Source: an uncultured delta proteobacterium
GTDB lineage: Bacteria > Myxococcota_A > Polyangia > Palsa-1104
NCBI GenBank assembly: GCA_963785725.1
Contig: CAWAWS010000014.1
Location: forward strand, 288,001-352,000
Direction of reading: 5' to 3'
Length of the DNA: 64,000 nucleotides
Below the pieces are notes generated by a model. It saw only the letters and a list, made by a program, of their open reading frames with translations, did no database searches and was not told where the DNA came from. Both the position numbers and the translations under genes were made by a program. Within the stretch, counting starts at the first letter, position 1; the number at the start of each line of letters is the position of its first letter. Positions 20,757-32,130 of this stretch are shown here, in pieces.

Positions 20757-22343
20757 ATGTCGTTGATTGGCCGCCGTATCGGCAATTACGAGATCAAGGC
20801 CAAGATAGGCGAAGGCGGCATGGGTGCCGTCTACCTCGGCGAGCACCCGCTCATCGGCAAGAAGGTCGCGATCAAAGTGCTCCTCGAGGAGCTCGCGTCC
20901 AAAGAAGACATCGTCGCGCGCTTCTTCAACGAAGCCAAAGCGGTCAACGACATCGGCCACACCAACATCGTCGACGTCGTCGACTTCGGCAAAACGACGG
21001 GCGAGCGCGGCGAAGCGATCGTCTACTTCATCATGGAGTTCCTCGAGGGCGATTCGCTCACGGCGCGCATCCATGGTCAGCCGATGCTGTTCAAGGACAC
21101 GCTGCACATCTTGTCGCAGTGCACGTCGGCGTTGGCCGCGTCGCACGCCAAAGGCGTCGTCCATCGCGATCTCAAGCCCGACAACATCTTCCTCGTCACG
21201 CGCGGCGGTGATCGCAGCTTCACCAAGCTGCTCGATTTCGGCATCGCCAAGCTGACCGGCGACGGCGTCTCGCAGTCGAACAAGACGCGCACCGGCCTCG
21301 TCATCGGCACGCCCACGTACATGAGCCCCGAGCAGTGTGAAGGCAAAGGGCACATCGATCATCGCAGCGACGTCTACTCGCTCGGCATCGTCATGTACGA
21401 GATGTTGACCGGCGTCGTGCCCTTCGTCGGCGAAGGCTTCGGCGAGATCTTGGTCGCGCACCTGACGAAGCAGCCGATGCCGCCGTCGCAGGTGAACCCG
21501 CGCGTCTCGCCCGAGCTGGAAGCGATCGTGCTCCACGCGATCGAAAAAGATCGCAACCGCCGCTTCCAGGACATGAACGAGTTCTTAGTCGCGCTGAGCG
21601 ATCCGGAAGCGCACGCGCGGCAGTGGCGGGGTTTGCCGGCGGCGGCGCCGACGCTGCAGCGGCCAGCCGACGCCTACGACGGACGCCGCGGGCCGACGTC
21701 GACGTCGGGGCCGGCGCGCGCGACGACGCTGGAAGGCGCGGCCGCCGAGGTCACGCGTTCGCCGTCGCCGCGTCGTTCCGGGCGGGCGCCGCTGTTGGCC
21801 GCGCTCGCCGTCGTCGCCATCGCGATCGGCGCCGGCGTCGTCGGCTTCACGAAGCTCGGCAGTCACGACGTGACGTCGGGCGCGAAGCCGCCGCTGCAGC
21901 CGCAAATACCGACGCCGCCGCAACCGGCGGAGATCTCGATCACGTTGTCGAGCGATCCGCCGGGCGCGCGCGTGCAGCGCGCCGATCGCGCCGAAGCGGA
22001 GACGCAGCGCACGCCGATCACGTTCAAGCTGCATCGCGGCGATCCGTCGTTCGACGTGCAGCTGCGGCTCGACGGCTTTGCCGCGCAAACGCGGACGGTC
22101 ACGACGGAGAACTCGGCGCGACTGCTCGTCACGCTGTCGCCGGTGGCGACGGTGACGCCGGTCGCCGCGCTGCCGGAAAAGGCGCCGGCGAACGCCACGA
22201 AGGACGCGCACGTCAAGGCGCCGTCACATCATGTTTCGACGCATTCCTCGTCGCCGAAGCCGCCGAAGAAGGCGAGCGAGACGCCGGCGCATCCGAGCCT
22301 CGATGATGAGGACATGCGAATCATTCCGCCCGACTTCAAGTGA
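20757..22343 (+). CDS. Hanks-type Ser/Thr protein kinase, TM plus PEGA-like domain
   Basis: GEGGMG, VAIK, HRDLKPDN, DFG, GTPTYMSPE; TM; SDPPGARV. Confidence 0.95.
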   Translation: MSLIGRRIGNYEIKAKIGEGGMGAVYLGEHPLIGKKVAIKVLLEELASKEDIVARFFNEAKAVNDIGHTNIVDVVDFGKTTGERGEAIVYFIMEFLEGDSLTARIHGQPMLFKDTLHILSQCTSALAASHAKGVVHRDLKPDNIFLVTRGGDRSFTKLLDFGIAKLTGDGVSQSNKTRTGLVIGTPTYMSPEQCEGKGHIDHRSDVYSLGIVMYEMLTGVVPFVGEGFGEILVAHLTKQPMPPSQVNPRVSPELEAIVLHAIEKDRNRRFQDMNEFLVALSDPEAHARQWRGLPAAAPTLQRPADAYDGRRGPTSTSGPARATTLEGAAAEVTRSPSPRRSGRAPLLAALAVVAIAIGAGVVGFTKLGSHDVTSGAKPPLQPQIPTPPQPAEISITLSSDPPGARVQRADRAEAETQRTPITFKLHRGDPSFDVQLRLDGFAAQTRTVTTENSARLLVTLSPVATVTPVAALPEKAPANATKDAHVKAPSHHVSTHSSSPKPPKKASETPAHPSLDDEDMRIIPPDFK

Positions 22344-22430
22344 CGCTGGAAGTGGGCACTTCGTCTTGAACTACAATGCAGCGCGAGTTACACTGAATCG
22401 CTCGGCTTTTATGCCGCGGGTGGGACGGCC

Positions 22431-24092
<1,662 letters not shown>

Positions 24093-24109
24093 TCGCCGTA
24101 AGCGTTACG

Positions 24110-25204
24110 TCAGCCGAGTCGCCCGCCTAGCCAGCTTCGTCCCAACACCCGCTCGAAGAACCAGAACGTCGACAGCAGCAGCAGGATGACGCTGCCGCCG
24201 CGACGCACGCGCTCCGCCAGGCCCAGCCGCGGCACCAGCCACAACAAGAGCGGCGCCACCGCGGCCACGACGCACAATTGACCCAGCTCGACGCCGACGT
24301 TGAAGCTGACCAGCGACGGGACGACGCCCGACGGCGGCAGCCCGATCTCCTGCAGCACCGAGGCGAAGCCGAAGCCGTGGATGAGCCCGAAGCAAAACGT
24401 CAGCAGCCAGCGGCGGCGCGGCTCGGGCACGACGAGGTTCTCGACGGCGACGTAGGCGATGCTCAGCGCGATGGCCGGCTCGACGATGTGGCTCGGCAGC
24501 CGCACGATGCCGAGGCCGGCGCAGATGAGCGTGACCGAATGGGCGACGGTGAACGCGGTGACGATGCCGAGCGTGTAGCGCGCGCCGCGCTTGAGCCCGC
24601 GCGCCGCGGCGACGAGCATGAGGCCGAACAGGAACGACAGGTGATCGTAGCCGGTGAAGATGTGCTCCATGCCGAGCACGAGGTAGTCGCGCAGGTGATC
24701 GACGAGCGTCACCGGCCGATCGAGCTTCAGCGTGTTGGCGGCGCCGCGAAAGACGTGCTGCCGCTCGGGCTGTCCCGGCAGCGTGACGCGCGCCAGCCCT
24801 TGGTGCATGGGATCGATGTCGAAGAAGAGGTCGTATTCGATCGTCAGATCGGCGGCCGTGCGCTTGCAACGATAGTCGACGTCGGTGACGGCGAAGAAGC
24901 CGTCCGATTTGTCGGCGAACGAGAGCGCGCGCGTCACCGGCGGGCAGTCGGCTTCGCCGTTGCGGACGTGGACGTGGCTGGCGGCGTAGTCGAGCAGCGT
25001 GGCCTGCGCGGCGGTCGCTTCGGCGCGCGTGACCGGCCGTTCGCGCGCGATCCCGACGGCCGGCGCCAGATCGCGATCGGCGATCTGCAGCGTCACCCGC
25101 GCGTCATGTCCGGCGACGGCGATCTCGACGTAGGTGAGGCTCGACGTGTGCGCCTCGGCGACCCCGCAGACGAGGAGCACGAGCGCAGCGGGAGCGCGGC
25201 GCAT
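24110..25204 (-). CDS. HupE/UreJ family membrane protein
   Basis: AEAH signal, GMEHIFTGYDHLSF, TAFTVAHSVTL, FGLIHGFGFA, FNVGVELGQ. Confidence 0.9.
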   Translation of the reverse strand: MRRAPAALVLLVCGVAEAHTSSLTYVEIAVAGHDARVTLQIADRDLAPAVGIARERPVTRAEATAAQATLLDYAASHVHVRNGEADCPPVTRALSFADKSDGFFAVTDVDYRCKRTAADLTIEYDLFFDIDPMHQGLARVTLPGQPERQHVFRGAANTLKLDRPVTLVDHLRDYLVLGMEHIFTGYDHLSFLFGLMLVAAARGLKRGARYTLGIVTAFTVAHSVTLICAGLGIVRLPSHIVEPAIALSIAYVAVENLVVPEPRRRWLLTFCFGLIHGFGFASVLQEIGLPPSGVVPSLVSFNVGVELGQLCVVAAVAPLLLWLVPRLGLAERVRRGGSVILLLLSTFWFFERVLGRSWLGGRLG

Positions 25205-25218
25205 CGGGAAATTCGTGA

Positions 25219-25542
25219 CTAGTTTCGCATCGAAGCGGCGGCGGCGTACTCTTGCGCCCGCTGCACGATCACGCGCGGATCGACGTCGAGCTGGATGCCG
25301 AGCACCTGCGTGACCAGGAAGTAGATCGCGCCCACCGCCAAGATCAGCGTGATGAACGCGCCCATCGCGATGGCGGTGAACAGGCCGAGGCCGGCGATGG
25401 TGGCGCTGGCGAGGATGAGGCGCGTGCCGGCGGAGCGTTGGCTGACCATGGTCGGCGTGAAGATCTGCATCACGTCGCTGCCGCTGGTCTTTTCGCCTAA
25501 CTGACCGAGCAGGCGCCGCAGAAACGTCAAGGGCGAACGCAT
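25219..25542 (-). CDS. small membrane protein
   Basis: Long hydrophobic segment; TAGGAT -10 located 6 nt before ATG. Confidence 0.75.
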   Translation of the reverse strand: MRSPLTFLRRLLGQLGEKTSGSDVMQIFTPTMVSQRSAGTRLILASATIAGLGLFTAIAMGAFITLILAVGAIYFLVTQVLGIQLDVDPRVIVQRAQEYAAAASMRN

Positions 25543-25611
25543 AGGATCATCCTAACCGATTCGGCGCCTTGACGCACGTCGAGGTCGAGATTAGCTTACG
25601 CGGAAGTCCGT

Positions 25612-26745
25612 ATGCAGGTCGAGAAGCGCGATTACTACGAAGTGCTCGGTTTGCAGCGCGGCTGCGAAGTGAGCGAAATCAAAAAGTCCTACCGACGGTT
25701 GGCGATGGACCATCATCCCGACCGCAATCCCGGCGATCACGCGGCCGAAGAGCGGTTCAAGGAGCTGGCGGAGGCCTACCAGATCCTGTCCGATCCCGAG
25801 CGACGCGAGCTCTACGATCGTTACGGCCACGCGGGTCCGCAGCGGCAGTCGGGCTTCCAAGGCTTCAGCGGCGTCGAGGATATCCTGTCGCAGTTCGCCG
25901 ACTTCTTTGGCGGCGGTGGCGGGGGTCGCCGTGGTCCGCGCGTCGAGCAGGGCGACGACCTGCAGGAAGAGCTGACCATCTCGTTCCGCGAGGCGGCCAA
26001 AGGCGCCCAGAAGACCTTCGATCTGACGCGGCTCGTGCATTGCGCCACCTGCCACGGCTCGGGCGCGAAGGCAGGCTCGCATCCGACGTCGTGCGGCACG
26101 TGCGGCGGTCGCGGCCAGGTCGCGCACAATCAGGGCATCTTCATGATCGCGACCACGTGCCCGACCTGTCGGGGTCGCGGCAGCGTCGTCAAAGACAAGT
26201 GCGGCGAGTGCAAGGGCGGCGGCGTCGAGCGCAAGAAGGAGTCGGTCACCGTCAACGTGCCGCCGGGCATCGACGAGGGCCAGACGCTGCGCGTGCCGGG
26301 CAAAGGCCAGGCCGGTCCGTCGGGCGGTCCGCCGGGACATTTGTACGTCACCTTCCACGTCGAGCCGGATGCGCGCTTCGAGCGTGAAGGCGACAATTTG
26401 TATACCGAAGTGCCGTTGACGTTCGCGCAGGCGACGCTGGGCACGCGCGTGTCGGTGCCGACGATCGACGAAGCCGTCGAGCTCGAGGTGCCGGCGGGAA
26501 CGCAGCCGGGCACGATTCGCGTGCTGCGCGGCCGCGGCATGCCGAACGTGCACGGGCGCGGCGTCGGCGACTTGGCGGTGCGGCTGACGGTCGCGGTGCC
26601 GAAGAAGCTCAATGCCGAGCAGCGGGCGCTGATCGAGCAGCTGGCGAGCGTGCTCGATCCGGCGGAGACGACGGTCGCGGCCAGCGCCGGCAACGACGAG
26701 GATGAAGGCTTCTCGCTGTTTCGGCGGAAGAAGAAGAAGCGGTAG
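25612..26745 (+). CDS. dnaJ: molecular chaperone DnaJ
   Basis: DYYEVLG, HPD, four CxxCxGxG repeats; promoter-like TTGACG-N17-TAGCTT. Confidence 0.95.
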   Translation: MQVEKRDYYEVLGLQRGCEVSEIKKSYRRLAMDHHPDRNPGDHAAEERFKELAEAYQILSDPERRELYDRYGHAGPQRQSGFQGFSGVEDILSQFADFFGGGGGGRRGPRVEQGDDLQEELTISFREAAKGAQKTFDLTRLVHCATCHGSGAKAGSHPTSCGTCGGRGQVAHNQGIFMIATTCPTCRGRGSVVKDKCGECKGGGVERKKESVTVNVPPGIDEGQTLRVPGKGQAGPSGGPPGHLYVTFHVEPDARFEREGDNLYTEVPLTFAQATLGTRVSVPTIDEAVELEVPAGTQPGTIRVLRGRGMPNVHGRGVGDLAVRLTVAVPKKLNAEQRALIEQLASVLDPAETTVAASAGNDEDEGFSLFRRKKKKR

Positions 26746-26749
26746 TCGC

Positions 26750-26765
26750 GGCGGCGCGCGCCGCC
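26750..26765. terminator. 16-bp palindrome between convergent genes
   Basis: GGCGGCGCGCGCCGCC just after the dnaJ stop codon. Confidence 0.35.
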
Positions 26766-26784
26766 AGGCTAAGTAAACGGTCGG

Positions 26785-29112
26785 TTACTTATGGGCCGGC
26801 CGCGGCGGCGTCGGCAGCGGGAGCGGCGGAATGCGCGTCTCCGTCGTGCCGTACAGCCACGAGTAGGCGAAATACGTCCCCAACACGCGCTTCGTATAGC
26901 CGCGCGTCTCGTCGTAGGGAATGGCCTCGACGAACTCGTCCAGCGTCAGCCCGGCCCGCTCCGGATCGCGCAGCCACTTGTTGACGGCGCCTTCGCCCGC
27001 GTTGTAACCGGCGATGGCCAGCGCCGCGTTGCCGCCGTAGGCGCCCCACAGCTGCCCGAGCTCGCGCGCGCCGATGGTCACGTTGATCGCCGGATCGCGC
27101 AGCGACTTGGGATCGTGCGGCAGGCCGTTGGCGAAGCGCGCCGCCGGTGCCGCCGTCAGCTGCGTGAGGCCGACCGCGTTGGCGAACGACTCCATCAGCG
27201 GATCGAACGCCGACTCCTCGCGCACGATCGACATCTCCAGCGTCGCCGGCTGCCCGGTCAGGGCCGTGTTCTTCTCGATGAGCTCGCGAAACGCGCGCGG
27301 ATAGCTGAGCAGCCAGCGCTTCTTGTTCGCGCCCACCGGCCATTCGCGCTCGTAGGCCGTCAACACGTGCCGCGGGATGAAGTGCGAGATCGAATATTCG
27401 CCGGCGCGATCGTAGAGCACCGCTGCCAGCCACAGCAGATCTTCCTGATCTTCGTCGGCGTTCTCGAGCGGCGCGCGCTTCTTGGGCACGTCGATGCCGG
27501 CCAGCGCCAGCTCGCGCTTGGCCTCGGCGCCGAGGCCGAGGCGCGCCAGCTCGACGCCGCGGCGAAACGCCGGCTCGCCGAAGAGCGCGCGCGAACGGAA
27601 GCGCCAGTCGCTGCCTTCGCCGTCGCCGCGCGGCGGATCTTTCGTCAGCTCGGCGACGAGCGCGTCGGCCGCCTGCGGCCACTTCTCGCGCAGCCGATTG
27701 AACGACTGCAGCGCGTAATACGACAGCGGATACTCGCGAATCGCACGCGCATAGAGCTCGGCGGCGCCGGTCGCGTCATTGCTCTTGTCGGCGACGCGGG
27801 CGAGCCAATAGAGCGTCCGGCCCGCTTCCCACCAGCCCTCTTCGCGCGGCAGCTTTTGCAGCTCGTCGGACAGCCACTTCTTGGCGCCTTCGAGATCGCC
27901 TTTGCGCCACGCGCGAAACGCCAGTCGCCATAAGGCTTCGCCGCGCTGGTCACCGTTGGCGAACGCCGCCGGCAGACCCGACAGCAGCTCGGCCGCCTTG
28001 GCGTCCTCCTTCAGCGTGTCATAGAGCTCGGCCTCGCGCAGTCGCGCGTCGTCGGCGTAGCTGTGCAGCGGATGCTCGCGCCAAACCCGCTCCAGCAGCG
28101 CCGCCGCTTTGTGCGTCGCCGCCACGTCGTCCGTGCCTTTTTGTCCCCAGCTGCGCCCGGCTTGGTAGAGCGCCTTGACCGTCAGATCTTCGTCCTTCGC
28201 CTTTTGACAGGCTTCGACGGCCGCATCGAACAGCGGCGCCGAACGCCAACGCTGCCGCGCCTTGAACGCGCTCTGCGCCTCGTGGAACGACGAAATACAG
28301 CCCAGCTTGTCGTCGGCTCCGGGCGCGGCGCGCACTTTTTTCCACTCGGCCTCGGCCTCGGCGTTGCGCATGGCGTCGAACAGCACCATCGCCCGTCGCG
28401 CCAGCTCGTCGGCGGTGAACTGCGGATTGGGCCCGAGGTGAGCTGCCGCCTGCTTGCCCCACGTATCGGCCGGCGAGTCGAGATAGAGCGTGCGCCATTC
28501 GATCTTGGCCGCGTCGTGATCGCCGATGATGTCGAGCGCCTCGGCCAGCCGCGAACGCGCTTCGGGCGCGCGCCAACCGTCGGGATACTCCTTCAAATAG
28601 CCGCGATATTCGGTCGCGGCCTCGGCGTTGTGCCCGCTCAGCCGCTCGGCTTCGCCGCGGAGGAACCGCGCTTCGCCATCGAGCGCGCTCTCCGACGGAA
28701 TTCTTTTGGCGCGATCGAGCGCCTGAGCTGCCTGTTGCGCCTGCAAATAGGCGCGCGCCGCGAACAGCCGCTCGTAGTCGATGAGCAGCGGATAGGTCTT
28801 CACCAGCGAATCGAAGTGCTGCGCGGCGTCGTTGAAATGCCCGGCCTTCAATTCCGCGTAAGCGAGCAGAAACGTCGCCTGCTTCAGATCTTTGGCGCGC
28901 GGATGCGACTTTACATAGGCGTAGAAGGCTTGGGCCGCTTTGGGCCACTCCTCGAGCCGCAGCGCCGCCGCGCCTGCGGCCGCGCCACCGTCGGTAAAGT
29001 AGGGCACGGCCGAGGTCGGATCGAAGGCCACGGGCTTGCCTTCCGCCGCCACGGCTGCGCGCGCAATGTAAAGAGATGCAACCAGGACGCAGGCCGAGCG
29101 GTCGATCCGCAC
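26785..29112 (-). CDS. soluble lytic transglycosylase (SLT) with TPR repeats
   Basis: IVREESAFDP, GLTQL, GYNAG, ETRGY; GTG 29112 chosen as start (signal peptide; TGtTAGCCT 7 nt upstream). Confidence 0.9.
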   Translation of the reverse strand: MRIDRSACVLVASLYIARAAVAAEGKPVAFDPTSAVPYFTDGGAAAGAAALRLEEWPKAAQAFYAYVKSHPRAKDLKQATFLLAYAELKAGHFNDAAQHFDSLVKTYPLLIDYERLFAARAYLQAQQAAQALDRAKRIPSESALDGEARFLRGEAERLSGHNAEAATEYRGYLKEYPDGWRAPEARSRLAEALDIIGDHDAAKIEWRTLYLDSPADTWGKQAAAHLGPNPQFTADELARRAMVLFDAMRNAEAEAEWKKVRAAPGADDKLGCISSFHEAQSAFKARQRWRSAPLFDAAVEACQKAKDEDLTVKALYQAGRSWGQKGTDDVAATHKAAALLERVWREHPLHSYADDARLREAELYDTLKEDAKAAELLSGLPAAFANGDQRGEALWRLAFRAWRKGDLEGAKKWLSDELQKLPREEGWWEAGRTLYWLARVADKSNDATGAAELYARAIREYPLSYYALQSFNRLREKWPQAADALVAELTKDPPRGDGEGSDWRFRSRALFGEPAFRRGVELARLGLGAEAKRELALAGIDVPKKRAPLENADEDQEDLLWLAAVLYDRAGEYSISHFIPRHVLTAYEREWPVGANKKRWLLSYPRAFRELIEKNTALTGQPATLEMSIVREESAFDPLMESFANAVGLTQLTAAPAARFANGLPHDPKSLRDPAINVTIGARELGQLWGAYGGNAALAIAGYNAGEGAVNKWLRDPERAGLTLDEFVEAIPYDETRGYTKRVLGTYFAYSWLYGTTETRIPPLPLPTPPRPAHK

Positions 29113-29171
29113 GTGTACGAGGCTAACAGCGCGCGACCGACGCAGCAATCATTGGCTCGGCCATTGCTGTC

Positions 29172-29669
29172 ATGACGATCGTGGCTCGTACGTCGTCGTT
29201 GCTCCTGTTTGTCATTTTGTCGGCCTTTTCGCCGCGCGCCGAAGCGGACTCAGTCGAGCTGCAGGGCGTCGACGCGCGCGGCAACGCGTTCGACCTGGCG
29301 ACGCTGCGCGGCAGCGTCGTCGCCATCACCTTCGTCAGCCGCTACACGCAGGACGAAGCCATGCGCATACACGACATCCTCGGTGCACACGCCGACGTGA
29401 AGGTCGTCTCTATCGTCGATTTCGTCGGCATTCCCGAGCTCGTGTTCGACTTCGTGCGCCGCAAAGTGGCCGAGGCCGACGGACGCGTGCAGCACTTGTG
29501 CGACGAGCACGGCGAGCTCGGCCGCCGCTTCAACACGCAGCCCGACAAGCGCGTCGACATCCTCGTCATTGGGCGCGACGGCGGCTTGCGCGGCCGCTTT
29601 GTTGGGCTGGCGCAGCTGGAAGGTGCGCGGCGGCTCATCGAGGCGGCGCGGGTGCAGGCTTCGCGATAG
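29172..29669 (+). CDS. exported thioredoxin-like fold protein lacking CxxC
   Basis: Signal peptide; DARGNAFDLATLRGSVVAITF...CDEHGEL...VIGRDG redoxin-like pattern. Confidence 0.65.
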   Translation: MTIVARTSSLLLFVILSAFSPRAEADSVELQGVDARGNAFDLATLRGSVVAITFVSRYTQDEAMRIHDILGAHADVKVVSIVDFVGIPELVFDFVRRKVAEADGRVQHLCDEHGELGRRFNTQPDKRVDILVIGRDGGLRGRFVGLAQLEGARRLIEAARVQASR

Positions 29670-29858
29670 CGCTCCGCTGGGATGTGCTGCGCGCGGCTGC
29701 GCTGCGCGCGTCAAGGCTCCGCTGGGATCATCGCTGCGCGGCTTTTGCGCTGGGGGCGCGATAGGGACGCCGTGAGGTTACGAGAGCGCGGGTTGGATGG
29801 GGAGGTCACGCACTTGGAGTGCGACGTCCGCGGCCGGAAGCGGTGCGACGAGTTGGGA

Positions 29859-30779
29859 TCAGCGGGGGATGGGTGGCGACGGGGTGCCGGCGCTGATGAC
29901 TCGGTTGCGGCCTTGGCGCTTGGCTTGGTAGAGCGCGTCGTCGGCGGCGCCGATCAGCTCCTGCGGCTCGCGCATGTTGTGGACCGCGGCGACGCCGACG
30001 GACACGGTCACGCGGATCGGGGTCTCGGCGTAGACGAACTGCTGCAGATCGACGCAGCGACGAATGCGCTCGCCGAACGCCAGCGCGCCCGTCAGGTCGA
30101 TGCCGCGGCAGATGACGACGAACTCCTCGCCGCCGTAGCGCGCGAAGACGTCCTCCTGCCGAATCGTCTCTTGCACGACGGTCGAGAGCGTCGCCAACGC
30201 GTAGTCGCCGGCGAGGTGGCCGTGCGAATCGTTGATGCGCTTGAAGTAGTCGATGTCGAACATGATGAGCGACAAGGGCGTGCGGTGACGGACCGCGAAC
30301 GCGAACTCGCTCTCCAGCCGATCCATGAAGTATTTCTTGTTGAAGATCTTGGTCAGGCCGTCGCGCAGCGCCGACTCGTACATTTGCCGCTGAAAGCTCT
30401 CGTCGAGCGAGTCGTGGAACGTGAATTTCAAGATCGTGGTCGAGCCGACCTGGATCTTGTCGCCGTCGCTGAGCTGATGCGTGGCCACGCGATCGCCGTT
30501 GCAATAGGTGCCGTTGGTCGAGCCCAAGTCGCGAATGAGGATGTGGCCGTCCTCGTGTGAGATCTCGGCGTGGCGGCGCGAAATGCCCTCGTCGATGACC
30601 TGGATGTCGGCCTGCTGGCCGCGTCCGATGATCGTCTTCTCGGCGGTGATCTTGTACATCTCACCGACGGAAGAGCCGGCGAGCACGATCAAATACGCGC
30701 GATCGCGATCCTGGGCCGCTGGACGCTCGAGCTCGTCCTTGGCCGAGACCTTAGTCTCGTCGTCCCAGTCGGTGGGCAC
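29859..30779 (-). CDS. FHA domain diguanylate cyclase
   Basis: FHA (IGR, ISRRHA, DLGSTNGT), DGLT, DIDYFKRIND, I-site RQED, RYGGEEF. Confidence 0.95.
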   Translation of the reverse strand: MPTDWDDETKVSAKDELERPAAQDRDRAYLIVLAGSSVGEMYKITAEKTIIGRGQQADIQVIDEGISRRHAEISHEDGHILIRDLGSTNGTYCNGDRVATHQLSDGDKIQVGSTTILKFTFHDSLDESFQRQMYESALRDGLTKIFNKKYFMDRLESEFAFAVRHRTPLSLIMFDIDYFKRINDSHGHLAGDYALATLSTVVQETIRQEDVFARYGGEEFVVICRGIDLTGALAFGERIRRCVDLQQFVYAETPIRVTVSVGVAAVHNMREPQELIGAADDALYQAKRQGRNRVISAGTPSPPIPR

Positions 30780-30794
30780 CGCAAGATCCTAGCA

Positions 30795-31181
30795 TCATGG
30801 TGAAAGCTCACGCAACCGTGACAGAAGTCGTTGCGTATCAATCGGCTTTACAAAGTAGTCAGCCGCGCCGCAGCTCAGCCCGTTCTCGATGTCCGAAGGT
30901 GCCGACCGTCCGCTGATGAAGACGACCGGAATGTTGGCGTAATTCTGGTTCGCCTTCATCGCGCGGCACAGCTCGAAGCCGTTGATCCACGACATGGCGA
31001 TGTCGAGCAGGATGACGTCGGGACGATCGACCTCCAAGAGCGACAACAGCCGCAATCCGGAGGGCGCCAACGCCACGTGCCAGCCGCTCTTCTCTAAGAT
31101 CTGCTGCAGACGCTCCCGCGTGTCCCGGTCGTCGTCGACGATGACCACCCGTTTGGGCGGCTCTCGCTCAACGAGGGCCAC
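30795..31181 (-). CDS. single-domain response regulator
   Basis: VIVDDD, ILLDIAM, FISG, YFVKP; start uncertain (GTG 31181). Confidence 0.88.
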   Translation of the reverse strand: MALVEREPPKRVVIVDDDRDTRERLQQILEKSGWHVALAPSGLRLLSLLEVDRPDVILLDIAMSWINGFELCRAMKANQNYANIPVVFISGRSAPSDIENGLSCGAADYFVKPIDTQRLLSRLRELSP

Positions 31182-31455
31182 GGTCCGGTTCCCCGCCGCC
31201 ACCACCCCCGCCAAACGGGACTGCCTGATCGGCCCCGCTGTCATCCTTCATCAGAATCTCGACGCGCTGCTCGGCCGCATCCAAGATGCGCGCGCCGGAG
31301 CGGGAGAGCTTGACGCCGTCTTCGAAGGCGGCCAGCGACTGTTCGAGCGATAAATTACCGCCCTCGAGCCGCTCGACGATGGAGCGCAGCTGCGCCAAAA
31401 CCTGGTCGAATCCCGGCTCGTTCTCCGTCGCTGGCGCTTCCTGCGGTACAGCCAT
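31168..31455 (-). CDS. xseB: exodeoxyribonuclease VII small subunit
   Basis: [44 protein letters not shown] before ATG 31455. Confidence 0.92.
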   Translation of the reverse strand: MAVPQEAPATENEPGFDQVLAQLRSIVERLEGGNLSLEQSLAAFEDGVKLSRSGARILDAAEQRVEILMKDDSGADQAVPFGGGGGGGEPDRGPR

Positions 31456-31550
31456 CACTCCCCCCGGTACATTTATCGTGCGCTGCGGCACGCGGCAGGT
31501 CAATGGGCAAATCCCTTGACACGGTGCGCCTCTCGATCCCGAATGATGGC

Positions 31551-32051
31551 GTGAGCAGCCATCCGCAGCTTAACGCGACCGAGGTCGCCAAGCTGCGCGC
31601 CCGTTTCGAAGACTACGCGCGCAAGCACGGCCTGAAGTCCACCAATCAGCGCGACGCGATCGTCGAGCAGTTCCTGCGCTCGAGCGGCCACATGTCGATC
31701 GAGGATCTGCTGGCGCGGGTGCGCAAGCGGTCGCCCAAGGTCGGCTACGCCACGGTCTATCGCACGATGAAGCTCCTGACCGACTCCGGCTTGGCCGCCG
31801 CGCGCCAATTCGGCGACGGCCAGACGCGCTACGAGGTCATGAGTGACGAGCACGCCCACCACGATCACCTGATCTGCGTGCAATGTGGGCTCATCCTCGA
31901 GTTCGAGAACGACACGATCGAGAAGCTGCAGGATGAGATGGCCGATCGCTTGGGCGGCTTCAAACTGGTGCGCCACAAGCTCGAGCTCTACGGCATGTGT
32001 CCCAAGGCCGCCGGCATCAAGAACGGCTACTGCCCCAACGAATCCTCGTAA
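31551..32051 (+). CDS. fur: Fur family transcriptional regulator
   Basis: [33 protein letters not shown] is open from ATG 31503. Confidence 0.92.
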   Translation: MSSHPQLNATEVAKLRARFEDYARKHGLKSTNQRDAIVEQFLRSSGHMSIEDLLARVRKRSPKVGYATVYRTMKLLTDSGLAAARQFGDGQTRYEVMSDEHAHHDHLICVQCGLILEFENDTIEKLQDEMADRLGGFKLVRHKLELYGMCPKAAGIKNGYCPNESS

Positions 32052-32068
32052 ATCGTTGCTCGGTACGC

Positions 32069-32124
32069 TTGACGGATTAGAGCGACTTCAGCACACTCTA
32101 CGTGAGTTGAAAATGGATTTCAAT
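32069..32124 (+). promoter_or_regulatory. sigma70-like promoter followed by a putative Fur box
   Basis: TTGACG-N17-CACACT (32069-32097), then GTTGAAAATGGATTTCAAT (32106-32124; inverted repeat TTGAAA-N5-TTTCAA). Confidence 0.7.
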
Positions 32125-32130
32125 TTCACT

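Noticed and set aside
25543..25611. CIRCE heat-shock operator upstream of dnaJ
   Set aside because: No TTAGCACTC-N9-GAGTGCTAA; only a sigma70-like promoter is visible.
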